A DNA stretch of 64,000 bases. Origin: Ascoidea asiatica JCM 7603 (taxonomy: Eukaryota; Fungi; Ascomycota). Position numbers and translations under genes: made by a program. The notes beneath the pieces were generated by a model. It had not been told where the DNA came from and made no database searches. It saw only the letters and a list, made by a program, of their open reading frames with translations. Each line of letters begins with the position of its first letter. Positions within the stretch are counted from its first letter, which is position 1. The stretch covers positions 45,330-109,329 of the forward strand of contig BCKQ01000009.1 in the NCBI GenBank assembly GCA_001600695.1, read 5' to 3'. Of this stretch, positions 24,945-35,464 are shown one piece after another.

Positions 24945-25049
24945 ATGTTCATGCCTCCAAATCAAGTACTTCCACAAACCAGTTCTTCTTTAAATACTCA
25001 AAAATCATCATCACTTAATAGTAATAACAACAATAACAACAGCAATAAC

Positions 25050-25080
<31 letters not shown>

Positions 25081-25535
25081 CCAATAGTGGAAATGATAAT
25101 GTAGAAGAAAATCTTTATTTAGAATCATATCCTTTTACAACAGCAGCAGCTTTAGTTGGATCTGTTGATAAAAAAATATTTGTATTATTAAGAGATGGAA
25201 GAAATTTATTTGGAGTTTTAAGAACTTTTGATCAATATGCAAATTTAGTTTTACAAGATACTTTAGAAAGAATTTATTTATTAAAAAATAAACTTTATGG
25301 AGAAAAAATTCAAGGAAATTATTTAATTAGAGGTGAAAATGTTGTTATGTTTGGAGAATTAGATATTGATAAAGAAGATCAACATTTACAAAATTTTACA
25401 AAAATTTCTTTTAAAGAAGCAGAAAATGAATTAAAAATATTAAATAATAAGAAAATTGAAAATGAAACTAAAAATACAAAAGTTTTATTAAAAAATGGTT
25501 TAATTAGTGATTTTACAAAAAGTGATCTTTATTAA
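24945..25535 (+). CDS. LSM1: Lsm1, Sm-like mRNA decay factor, with a poly-Asn N-terminal extension
   Basis: Motifs FTTAAALVGSVDKKIFVLLRDGRNLFGVLRTFDQYANLVLQD and IRGENVVMFGELD, and C-terminal SDLY. Confidence 0.96.
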
Positions 25536-25678
25536 GTTTGAAATTAATTAATGTTTATTATAAAAATTATTAAAAGAAAACCAATGAAAAAAAATGAAAA
25601 ATATAATGATTATAATGATTATAACGATTATAGATAATTAGTTTGATTATGTGCTCAAGGATTGATTTTTTTTTCTTT

Positions 25679-25680
<2 letters not shown>

Positions 25681-25719
<39 letters not shown>
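25681..25719. repeat. Poly(T)39 tract between the convergent LSM1 and PRP31 genes
   Basis: 39 uninterrupted T, flanked by an 11-bp direct repeat (tttttctttta). Confidence 0.9.
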
Positions 25720-25828
25720 CACTTTTTCTTTTAAAGTATTTTAATATAGAGAGAGTACTTAATATATAAATATTCTTTAATTTATGTATTCAAAATTTAA
25801 AAGAAATATATTGTAACATGATTGATGA

Positions 25829-27226
25829 TTATTTTTTTAAATTATTTAATCTAATAGACATTTGTTTTGAAATTTTAGCTTTATTTCCAATATCAACTTT
25901 ATAAATTTTACTTGTAGCCATACCTAAACCAATTTCTTCACCAAAAGAATCAATAATTGTATCTTCTTCTTTACCAAAAACAAGTCTATTTTGAGCTTTT
26001 TGAAGTTCAGATAATTGAAATTTTTGTTTCAATTTTCTAATTCTTTTACCACCTCTTTTTTTTGAAGGTTTATTAATTGGAATTGGTAATGGTCTTGGAG
26101 GTTTATTTTCAGGAGGTTCAGAAATTTTTAATAAAATTTGAATTAAATTATTTTTAATTTCAATACCTTTTGAACCATCAGGGAAATTATTTGAAAGATC
26201 AATTCTTGCAGTTAAAATAATTTTTGAAGATAACATTTTTATAATTTTTTTTTTAAAATTAGTATTTGTATTTAAAAGTATTGAATAATTTGAATTTAAT
26301 TCTGAATTTGAATTTGAATTTGAATTTGAATTTGAATTATTAGGATCATGAAAAAATTGATTAAAATTTAAAGTAAATTTTTTATTTTTATTTTTATTAT
26401 TAATAATATTATTATTTAAATTATTTGAATTAAAAAGAGAAAATAAATTACAAGATGGAGTTAAAGCTAAATTTTTAATTGAACCATAATAAGATAATAA
26501 ATTTGTTGATAAATTTATACCAATAAGTTTTGATAAATTTGGAGAATAATTTAATAAATTTTTAGATAAAATTTTATTTAAATTTAATAAAGAATTATTT
26601 AAATTAATTAAATAATTTGAAGATATTATAATATTATTTTGAATAGAAATTGAAGGAATTTTTGGATTTAAATTAAAATTTTGTAGAGAAGAAATTGTAA
26701 TTAATAAAAATTTTTCATTTGATAAAAATTTTTTAAGATTATTTTTTAAATTTAAATTTGAATTTAAATTTTTTAAATTATTTATATCAAATTTTAAAAT
26801 TAAAATACAATTTATATATTCTATTGGATTTTTAATTATTGAAGATAATTCTAAGAAATATTTTGAATAATGAAATTTTATAAAATTATAAATAAATTTA
26901 ATTTCATTATTAATTTGTAAAGTTAATTGATTAATTTGAGAAAGAAAATTGAATATATTATCATTATTAAGATTATTATTAAGATTATTATTAAGATTAT
27001 TATTATCATGATTATCAATTTTATTAAGAATTGGGAAAATATTTGAATATAAATATGAATATGAAGTTATATCATTAATTTTAGATAAATCTAAATTTAT
27101 AAATTTATCAGATTTTAAAAATGAATCATTTTCAGAAATCAAAGAAGATAAATCATTTATAAGATTTTGAATCAGATCTTCATTATTGTTATTATTAGTA
27201 AGGTTCTTGTTAATAATTAAAGACAT
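25829..27226 (-). CDS. PRP31: U4/U6.U5 tri-snRNP protein Prp31, highly Asn/Leu/Ile-shifted
   Basis: Motifs HYSKYFLELSSII, SPNLSKLIG, LALTPSCNL, KIILTARID and KPSKKRGGKRIRKLK...SELQKAQNRLVFGKEE...GLGM. Confidence 0.88.
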   Translation of the reverse strand: MSLIINKNLTNNNNNEDLIQNLINDLSSLISENDSFLKSDKFINLDLSKINDITSYSYLYSNIFPILNKIDNHDNNNLNNNLNNNLNNDNIFNFLSQINQLTLQINNEIKFIYNFIKFHYSKYFLELSSIIKNPIEYINCILILKFDINNLKNLNSNLNLKNNLKKFLSNEKFLLITISSLQNFNLNPKIPSISIQNNIIISSNYLINLNNSLLNLNKILSKNLLNYSPNLSKLIGINLSTNLLSYYGSIKNLALTPSCNLFSLFNSNNLNNNIINNKNKNKKFTLNFNQFFHDPNNSNSNSNSNSNSELNSNYSILLNTNTNFKKKIIKMLSSKIILTARIDLSNNFPDGSKGIEIKNNLIQILLKISEPPENKPPRPLPIPINKPSKKRGGKRIRKLKQKFQLSELQKAQNRLVFGKEEDTIIDSFGEEIGLGMATSKIYKVDIGNKAKISKQMSIRLNNLKK

Positions 27227-27617
27227 GAGTATGAAAATAAATGGAGTTACTTACTTACAAATAAAATGATATAAGATATAATTAATTATATAAAGTATAA
27301 AGAAGAAAGGGAGAAAGAGAGGGAAAGGGATAGAGAGAAAGAGAAAGAGAGATATATAATAGTCCTAGTGATAGAGTAGTATTGATCTTATTGATTGATT
27401 GAAGGTAGTTTATATATTTGTATGTTTGTATGTTTATTTCTCATTTATTATTTTGTTATTGATTGAATGAATGAATGGTTGTTGAATATCTTTTGTGCTT
27501 TATTTATTTGTTTGTTTGTTTGTTTTTTAATATATTTGATGGATGATTGAAGTTTTGGGTGATTACCAGTGGAACGGTACCTGGCAGGGGCGGATTACGT
27601 AAGTGCTGGGTAAGCGC

Positions 27618-28670
27618 CTAGAAATTGTCATCATCGTAATATTTGTTGAAGAAAACTCTTGCTTTGTTGAATTCAACTTTGGCAGAATCAACAGCATTTT
27701 TAGTGTATAAAGTCCATTTTAAATAATTTTTATCATCTAGATTAATGAAAGTTGGTTCAATTGAATTTGATAATTGAGTTTTTAATTTTTCAATTTTTTC
27801 AGTAGTTATATTGTTATCATTATCATTATCTTCTTCTTCTTCCTCTTCATCATCATCATCATCATCATCTTCTTCTTCTTCTTCTTCTTCGTCGTCTTCT
27901 TCTTGGTTAGTTTTATTAGAGGTTGAAGATAAATATTTTGAATCATTATCGAAATCTTGAATAGTTATATTATCATTAATTTTTGATAAATTTATATTTT
28001 CTTCAAATTGATTAATTAAAGTTGATAAGAAATAATCATTATTAAAATTTAAATTGAAATCATCAAAATTTATAAATTTAGCATAATTTTGAATTCTTTC
28101 ACAATTATTTTGAATTGTTATAAGACCTAAAGCACCAGCAGCACCTTTAATAAAATGACCTAAATCAGATAATTTTTTTAATAATTTATTAAAAGTTATA
28201 AGATTTAATTTTAATTCAATTTTAAAAATTAAATCATTTTTTAAATCTATTAAATCATTATTTTGTATTATGTTATTACTGTTATTACTGTTATTACTGT
28301 TATTACTGTAATTACTGTTATTATTATTATTATTTTTTATTAAAGATTGATCAATTGGATTATTATTATAATTAATTTTAAAAAGATTATAATCAATTTT
28401 ATTATTAAATAAATTTTTAAATAATTTTATAAAAATTTGATCCATTTTATTAAAAGTTATTGCAGCTTGATTTATAAAAGTTAAAATTAAATCTTTTGAA
28501 AAATTTGGATCATCATCATCTAATTGTAAAATTTCATTTAAAATTGACCAATCAATTAAATTTTGATCATCAATTGATTCTTCATCAGAATCATATAAAT
28601 TTTCATTAGTATTTGTTATTGGTTCAACATATCTATGTGATGGAACATCAAAAAATGGATCATTATTCAT
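27618..28670 (-). CDS. YPD1: Histidine phosphotransfer protein Ypd1 with large low-complexity insertions
   Basis: LIDWSILNEILQLDDDDPNFSKDLILTFINQAAITF, and the phospho-His motif LSDLGHFIKGAAGALGL..IQNNCERIQN. Confidence 0.88.
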   Translation of the reverse strand: MNNDPFFDVPSHRYVEPITNTNENLYDSDEESIDDQNLIDWSILNEILQLDDDDPNFSKDLILTFINQAAITFNKMDQIFIKLFKNLFNNKIDYNLFKINYNNNPIDQSLIKNNNNNNSNYSNNSNNSNNSNNIIQNNDLIDLKNDLIFKIELKLNLITFNKLLKKLSDLGHFIKGAAGALGLITIQNNCERIQNYAKFINFDDFNLNFNNDYFLSTLINQFEENINLSKINDNITIQDFDNDSKYLSSTSNKTNQEEDDEEEEEEEDDDDDDDEEEEEEDNDNDNNITTEKIEKLKTQLSNSIEPTFINLDDKNYLKWTLYTKNAVDSAKVEFNKARVFFNKYYDDDNF

Positions 28671-29080
28671 TTTTATATTTGAAATTGCAGTTTTTGATAT
28701 TATTGATACTTAAATGAATGAGATAAATAGATATAATAATAATATACTTTAGTTATATCTACTATAAAGAAAGTGGTGATACTTATACACTTATACACTT
28801 ATACTTATATATATATATATATATATATATACTAATATATATAATGGCAGGCAAACACTCGAGAATATCAGCAAAAGTTGTACCTGAAGATGGACAAAGT
28901 GAAGACAATGAAGAAGAAGAAGAAGAAGGAGAAGGAGAAGGAAAAGAAACGCAGCTGAGTGATGAGTGAGCTGAGTCTTCACCCATTCACCTCTTCACCT
29001 CTTCACCTCTTCAATCAGCCACTGGATCTGAACAGTGACAATAGTCCACATTGCCTGAGTACCTGTTTTACTGTATCACT

Positions 29081-29116
29081 GCTCATCATCGGCTCTCCAC
29101 CAGACCGAGGCACGTG
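29081..29116. promoter_or_regulatory. PAC element and CACGTG box in the URB1/YPD1 divergent promoter
   Basis: GCTCATC at 29081-29087 (reverse PAC, typical of ribosome-biogenesis genes) and CACGTG at 29111-29116. Confidence 0.5.
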
Positions 29117-29161
29117 ATAACCACTTTGTAAACACAATGCTGTAAAAAAGTGCAATAGTAC

Positions 29162-29265
29162 GTATGTACACATAAAAAACACCTATTCATACATATATTA
29201 ACGTAAACTTACATTATGCATTGTTACACCTCTACTAACTGCTTATTGCATATTTAATCCGTTAG
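29162..29265 (+). other. Putative 104-nt spliceosomal intron in the URB1 5' leader
   Basis: GTATGT at 29162, TACTAAC at 29233-29239 and TAG at 29263-29265, in the correct order and spacing. Confidence 0.6.
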
Positions 29266-29545
29266 TCGGTTTTTTTCAAATTCAATCCGTGCCTCGGATA
29301 ATTTTCTTTTTCCGTGTCTTTTTTCACTCTGCAAATTTTTAGAGTTCTTTTTCATCAGCGTCTATTTCTGTTTCTTCTTCTGGTTTTGCTTCTTCTGCTT
29401 CTTTTATTTATCTTTCTTCTTCTTCTTCTTCTTCTTCTTCTTTTTCTCTTTCAATCACCAAGAAACAACATAATCACAGTGAAAACAGCTGCAGTCATTC
29501 TCCTGTTTATATCCTCAGTCTGCTGCTTTTGGTATTCAATTTCCA

Positions 29546-32500
29546 ATGAGCTCGTTCCCAAGCGCTGGAACTTCTTCTTCATCTTCATCTTCTTCTGCTG
29601 CTCTTGCTGTTTCTAATTCCAATTCTAAATCCAATGGCGCCTTTAATAATCTTGATCTCTTTGATGATCCTGAGATTTCTTTAGAAAAATCTTCAAATTC
29701 TGCAAAACTTCAAAGAAAACAAAAATATATTAAAGCTGCTTATCATCGTGAGAATTTTAATATAGATCCAGAATTAATTTTAAATTTTAAAAAAATTATA
29801 TCTTCAATTAATTTTAATTCAAAACTTTCAAATCAATTAGAAATTTCAAATAATTTTGATAACTTAGATAATGATGAATTAAATATTTCAATTGATTTAA
29901 ATAAATTAGATATAAATCTTTTAAATGAATTTTTATCAAAAAATTATATTAATCATTTCATTCAAGCTTGGAATTATTATAATTCAATTAATGATATTCA
30001 AAATTTATCAATTTTTACAAATCATTTATTTAATTTCATTAATCTTTTAAATCATTTAGATTATTCAAATATAAATATAAATTTAGATAATTCAAATTTA
30101 TCCTTTATAAAAAATTTATATCAAGATAATTCAAATTTAAAAATTTTTTATAAATTTTTATTAAATTCAAATTCAAATTATCAAATTACTTTAAATTTAA
30201 TTAATCTTTTAAATCTTTTAATAAATTTAAATATTAATAATAATTTTAATATTTATGATGATTTTATAGAATATTTTAATTTAAATTCAATTCATAATTT
30301 AAATAATCTTTTTTCAACTAAAATTTTAAACTCAAATAATAATAATAATAATTATAATAATAATAAATTAAAAATTTTATTCAATTTCACAAAATTTTAT
30401 TTCAATTTATTAAAATTATCTAAAAATTCTTTAATTTCAATAAATTTATTATTATCAAATAATAAATTCATAATTTTAAATATTTTTAAAAATTTAAATA
30501 TTTTCTTAAAAAATTTAAAATTTAATTTAATTTTAAATTTCTTAAATATTTTAAATCAATTTTTATTATTAACTCCTTTAATTAATAATTCAATAAAATT
30601 ATTAATTTTAAATAATTTTAATTTAAATAAATTATTATTAATTTATAATCCAATTTTTAATTGTAATAATGATTTAATTTTAAATTTAAATCAATTTTAT
30701 TTAAATTATTTCTTTAATTCAAATATTCCAATATCTCAAAAAAATTTAAATTATTTATTCATTTCAAATAATGATAATTCAAATAATATTAATATTAATA
30801 TTAATATTAATATTAATACCAATAACAATAATCCAATTCAAATAAAAAATAAATTAATTTTTAATTTCTTAAAAGATTTAAATCCAATTACTAATTTAAA
30901 TCATCAATATTTATTATTAAAAATTTTAGAAAAATTACCAGATTTATTAATTCCATTTAATAATCATTTATTTCTCACAACAACTAATAATAATAATAAT
31001 TTATCTTTTTCTAATTATTTATTTAAAAAATCTCTTTTATTACAAAATTTAATTAATTTAAATTCAAATTTACCTTTAAATATTTTTAATAAAAATTTAA
31101 AACCAAATTTATTAAATATTCTTCAAATTTTTTTACCAAAAATTTTAAATAAAAATTTTATTATAAATTCATTTAATTTTAATCAACCTTTATTAATAAA
31201 ACAAATAATTTTACAAAATTTAAATTTTTCTTTTAAAAAATTTAATCAATTTTTAATTTGGTTTAATAAAAATAATTGGTTTAATTATAAATTTAAATTA
31301 TCTCTAATTTTTCAAAATTCATTACCAGATTTAACAATAATTTTATCTTCTTTATTAAATTTAGATAATAAATTTCAAATTAATAATTCTTTTAATCTTA
31401 AATTTTTAATTTTAAATCATCTTATTTTAATTTCAAATTATATTAAATATTTTAATAATATAAATTTTCAATTTCCAAATTTATTAATCTTTAAAAATTT
31501 ATTAAATCAATCAACTTTTAAAAATATAGATTTATTACTACTTGATTATTTTTTCATTTTACAAAATTTCTCAAATCAAGATTCTATTACTACTACTGCC
31601 ACTGCTTCTAGTAATAATACTTTCTTAAGTAAATGGTATATCTCAAATAACTTTAATTTATCTTTATTTTCAACTTTATTAAAATTAAATTCAATTAATA
31701 ATTTTTTTAATAATAATGATTCTTTTATATTCAAAATTAACTTGAAAATTTTAAATTTATTAAATAATTTATTATTAAATAATCAGTCAATAATTTTCAA
31801 TTTCAAAATTTTAAAAATTTCTCCAATTTATTCTTTATTACATTCAATTAATTTCATTTATTTCAAATTTTTTAATAATAAAACTCAATTAAATAATATT
31901 TTTAAATTATTAGATAATACTATTTCAAGAGTTATTTCTCAACCTTATAAATATTTAGATTCTTCAAAAAATTTTAATTTTTTAAGTCCTTTTATTATAA
32001 CTTTAATTGATCAATTAAAATTTATTGATCAAAATGATAATAGTTTAGATATAATTATTCTATGGTTTTTAAAATTTATTCAATCGATAATCATCAATGG
32101 TGAATCTTCAAAAGATATTCATGATTATTTAATTCACAGTTCAAAAAATGATGATAATGAAAAAATTGTCAATATAATTTTAACAAAAAAAAATTTATTT
32201 GAATTTTTATTTATTGGTAATGACAACAATCTTGAAAAAATATCAGATTTAAATGAAAAAGATTTACAAATTTTAAAATTATCCTATTTTGAAAATATTA
32301 TCAATTCTTCAAACTCAAAATTATCTAATATAAAAACTTTACCCGAAAATGAAATGGATTTCATTGCTTTATTATTCAAGATCAACTTACTACTAAAAGA
32401 TCCAAATTTTTCAATAAAAAAAAATAATAATAATAAAATATTGTTAAATTCTTTATTCAATAAAATTTTTAACTATTTATCATTTAATAATTCATTTTTA

Positions 32501-35464
32501 TCAAAATTTATTCAAAATAATTTATTCTGGAATGATTTCTTCAATAATGAATCTGATAATTTTATTTTTGCTTCAAGTTTATTAAATGATTATTTTCACA
32601 CTATTTTTAATAATATAAATGAAAAGGAAATTATTGATTTAAACAATAATGATAATATTTTTTTCCAATATAAACAAACAATTTTATTTCAATTAAATAA
32701 ATCAAAGGATTCAATTATTTCAAAAAATATAGACCAATATTTATGGTGTTTATCTGATTCTGAATTAACTAAAGTTATTACTGAAGCTTCTGAAAATCTA
32801 AAAATATCTGAATGGATACTATATGAAATTTCATCAAGAAAACTAAATATTTCAACAGATTTATTTTTGGATATTATCCAAATTATTGTTAAAAAGAATA
32901 ACTCAGTTGAAAGTGATAAATATAATCATGCTTCAATCATTTCATATTTATCTGAAATTGTGAATAACTGTAAATTAACTCTAGATTTTTCATTAATATT
33001 AAAATCTGTAGACTTATTTATTCAAAATAAAATTTTATATCCAATTTTGAACTCCTTTATAATTTCATTTCCTTCATGTTTTCATAATGTCATTGAAAAA
33101 ATCATGAATAATAAGGATTTAAATAGTACAAAAACTTTTGAATTGAATTACTTAATCATTTCAATTGCTTCTTCATTGAAGAAAAATGAAATTGAGAAAT
33201 ATTTGAAAGACATAAAAAATAGTGATTTAATCAATGAATTTTTCCAAAGAGCTACTGTTATTTCATTAATCCTTTTAGATGAAGAAAATTATAAACATGT
33301 TCCTCTTGAATGGGTTGTTAATATTTTAAGAGAAAATTTTGAGTTGTTAAATGAAAATAATAAATCTTTTGCATTCAAAAAATTAATTGCAGTAAAATTT
33401 CCTTTATTAAAGCATGGAAAATATGAATTTATAAAGGCTTTATTAAAGCTTTTCAGTAGATGCACCGTTAATTTAAATATGAGCTTAAATGGAGAACTTA
33501 ATTCATGGTTTGATGAATTAACACTTTTCTTAAATAAAGAATTTTCAGAAAAAAGCTCAGAATATGAAATTAATAATTTGAAAGAAATTTGCAACTTAAT
33601 TAGCGAATTTTTGAAACAATTTCATAGAGAAAAAATATTTTCATTCAAAAAGTTTTGTAATAAACAAAATTTGATTACTCAATTGGAAATATTACTTCGA
33701 TCAAATGAATTTATCATTGATAAATCGATTCTTTCTTATATTAGTATAGTTTTATTAAATATTAGAATTAAGGGATTTGGAAATGAAAATGATAGTTTAA
33801 AATTATTGGAAATTATCATAAATAATAATAAAATAAGTTTTAAACAAGAAAATGATGAAAATAAAGAAACAGAAGAAAAAGAAATCAAATATTTAACAAC
33901 AATAATAATTCATGAATTAATTCTTATAAGTATAAATGATAAAAAAGGTAATTTTAAGAAAAACTTTAATAATAATATTGAAATTCAATTATGGGAATTT
34001 TATTCGGGTAGTATAGAAAGTTATGATTTAATTTTATTCAAAACTTTTGAAGAAATTGAAAAGAAATTAGAAAAATCATGGATTAATTTTTTTAGGAATA
34101 TTAAATTTGAGTTTTTTGATGATGAAAATGGTAATAAGAATAAAATCTTTAAATTAATTGAAATCTCTAAAAAGGATAAAAGAGATAATGTCACAATCAA
34201 TTTGAATAAATGGATTATTGATTATACAAATAATAACTTTTATAACAAAAAATTTGAAGATCCATTTAAAAAAATAAAAAAAAATGGAATGATTAAAGAA
34301 GTTTGGGATAATTTGAATAAATTCAATAGTGAAATGAGTAATTTTGGAAATGAAAATATGATATATGATAATAGATTTTTACTTTTGATAATTTTTAATT
34401 GTAAAGATATTTTTAGCTCAAATAATGAAAAAGAAGATAAATATAAAAAAATTAAAAAAGGATTAGAAAAGGAAAGTGAAGAAATTAAAATTGATATTAA
34501 GAAATTAATTGAATTAAATCTAATTGAATTTTTTATAATTTGTTTGACTTCTAAAGATGAAGGAGTTGTTAGGCTTAGCAAAGGAGTTTTAACTGAAATT
34601 TTGATAAATATTGAAAGTTATCAGATAAGAAAAGAACAAGAAAAAGAAAAGCGGTTTGAGATTAAAATTAAAAATGTAAATGAAAATGATACAGTAAAAG
34701 AGGAATTCAAAACAAATAAGATCAGTGGAGACAATTTCGTAATTAAGATAATTATAGGTAAATTGTTGAGTTCAGATATAAATTCAAAGACTAATAATAT
34801 AGTTTTATACTCTATTTCAAGAATGATTAAAATTGCATTGAAACCAGGAAATTTTCTATATGACAAAGTTTATTGGTATTTATTAAATGGTAAGAAATTT
34901 AACTTAAATAAAGAATGTCCACTTTATAAGAATTTGCAAGATGATAAAAATATGAATAGTAGTAATGAAAGTATTTATAAAGAGATTCGATGGATTTTAG
35001 ATAATATATTATTTGGAATTAAAGATGAAAAGGATTTAGAATTCATTAGAAATTTAAAGATCATTGATTGGATTTTAAGTTTATTAAATTTGAAATATTT
35101 GAATAAAGGATTAAGATATACAATTTTAAAAATTATTGAAAAAATAATAAATATCGAAAATAGTCCAGAAAATCAAAGCGAACGTGAAAATGGAACAGGA
35201 ACTGGTGGTGGAGCAGGATTATTGATCACTAGATTTGGAGAATTGAGTTATATAATAGAAGTTATCAATGGTTTGACTAAAGAAAACGATGCTTATATAA
35301 AAGAGGATGGAGATTTTAGCAAAAGAATTAGTGAAAATGAAGAAGAAATATTGAATTGGAAAAAGATTTTCTTGAAGAGTAGTTTGATAGGAAAAAATTG
35401 TAAAAGGTTGAATAAATGGGTTGAAGAAGACTTTGATAGTTCAGTCAAACGAATATGTTTGTAA
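29546..35464 (+). CDS. URB1: Nucleolar pre-ribosomal-associated protein Urb1/Npa1
   Basis: About 1970 aa. N-terminal FIQAWNYYNSIND. C-terminal NopRA1-like motifs YSGSIESYD, IYDNRFLLLII, KPGNFLYDKVYWYLL, EIRWILDNILFGIKDEKDL and LITRFG. A PAC element lies upstream. Confidence 0.8.
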   Translation: MSSFPSAGTSSSSSSSSAALAVSNSNSKSNGAFNNLDLFDDPEISLEKSSNSAKLQRKQKYIKAAYHRENFNIDPELILNFKKIISSINFNSKLSNQLEISNNFDNLDNDELNISIDLNKLDINLLNEFLSKNYINHFIQAWNYYNSINDIQNLSIFTNHLFNFINLLNHLDYSNININLDNSNLSFIKNLYQDNSNLKIFYKFLLNSNSNYQITLNLINLLNLLINLNINNNFNIYDDFIEYFNLNSIHNLNNLFSTKILNSNNNNNNYNNNKLKILFNFTKFYFNLLKLSKNSLISINLLLSNNKFIILNIFKNLNIFLKNLKFNLILNFLNILNQFLLLTPLINNSIKLLILNNFNLNKLLLIYNPIFNCNNDLILNLNQFYLNYFFNSNIPISQKNLNYLFISNNDNSNNINININININTNNNNPIQIKNKLIFNFLKDLNPITNLNHQYLLLKILEKLPDLLIPFNNHLFLTTTNNNNNLSFSNYLFKKSLLLQNLINLNSNLPLNIFNKNLKPNLLNILQIFLPKILNKNFIINSFNFNQPLLIKQIILQNLNFSFKKFNQFLIWFNKNNWFNYKFKLSLIFQNSLPDLTIILSSLLNLDNKFQINNSFNLKFLILNHLILISNYIKYFNNINFQFPNLLIFKNLLNQSTFKNIDLLLLDYFFILQNFSNQDSITTTATASSNNTFLSKWYISNNFNLSLFSTLLKLNSINNFFNNNDSFIFKINLKILNLLNNLLLNNQSIIFNFKILKISPIYSLLHSINFIYFKFFNNKTQLNNIFKLLDNTISRVISQPYKYLDSSKNFNFLSPFIITLIDQLKFIDQNDNSLDIIILWFLKFIQSIIINGESSKDIHDYLIHSSKNDDNEKIVNIILTKKNLFEFLFIGNDNNLEKISDLNEKDLQILKLSYFENIINSSNSKLSNIKTLPENEMDFIALLFKINLLLKDPNFSIKKNNNNKILLNSLFNKIFNYLSFNNSFLSKFIQNNLFWNDFFNNESDNFIFASSLLNDYFHTIFNNINEKEIIDLNNNDNIFFQYKQTILFQLNKSKDSIISKNIDQYLWCLSDSELTKVITEASENLKISEWILYEISSRKLNISTDLFLDIIQIIVKKNNSVESDKYNHASIISYLSEIVNNCKLTLDFSLILKSVDLFIQNKILYPILNSFIISFPSCFHNVIEKIMNNKDLNSTKTFELNYLIISIASSLKKNEIEKYLKDIKNSDLINEFFQRATVISLILLDEENYKHVPLEWVVNILRENFELLNENNKSFAFKKLIAVKFPLLKHGKYEFIKALLKLFSRCTVNLNMSLNGELNSWFDELTLFLNKEFSEKSSEYEINNLKEICNLISEFLKQFHREKIFSFKKFCNKQNLITQLEILLRSNEFIIDKSILSYISIVLLNIRIKGFGNENDSLKLLEIIINNNKISFKQENDENKETEEKEIKYLTTIIIHELILISINDKKGNFKKNFNNNIEIQLWEFYSGSIESYDLILFKTFEEIEKKLEKSWINFFRNIKFEFFDDENGNKNKIFKLIEISKKDKRDNVTINLNKWIIDYTNNNFYNKKFEDPFKKIKKNGMIKEVWDNLNKFNSEMSNFGNENMIYDNRFLLLIIFNCKDIFSSNNEKEDKYKKIKKGLEKESEEIKIDIKKLIELNLIEFFIICLTSKDEGVVRLSKGVLTEILINIESYQIRKEQEKEKRFEIKIKNVNENDTVKEEFKTNKISGDNFVIKIIIGKLLSSDINSKTNNIVLYSISRMIKIALKPGNFLYDKVYWYLLNGKKFNLNKECPLYKNLQDDKNMNSSNESIYKEIRWILDNILFGIKDEKDLEFIRNLKIIDWILSLLNLKYLNKGLRYTILKIIEKIINIENSPENQSERENGTGTGGGAGLLITRFGELSYIIEVINGLTKENDAYIKEDGDFSKRISENEEEILNWKKIFLKSSLIGKNCKRLNKWVEEDFDSSVKRICL

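Noticed and set aside
27578-27590. TACCTGGCAGGGG matching the 5' part of metazoan U1 snRNA
   Set aside because: Lacks the essential ACTTACCT 5' end, shows no downstream U1 structure, and runs into the YPD1 coding end within 30 nt.
28783-29616. ORFs 28783-28986, 28791-28982 and 29314-29616
   Set aside because: Translations of (TA)n and (CTT/GAA)n microsatellites in promoter or leader DNA.
33289-34866. Antisense ORFs inside URB1, and similar ones within GPD, GCD14, HEM14, CYR1 and BPH1
   Set aside because: Shadow frames of real genes.
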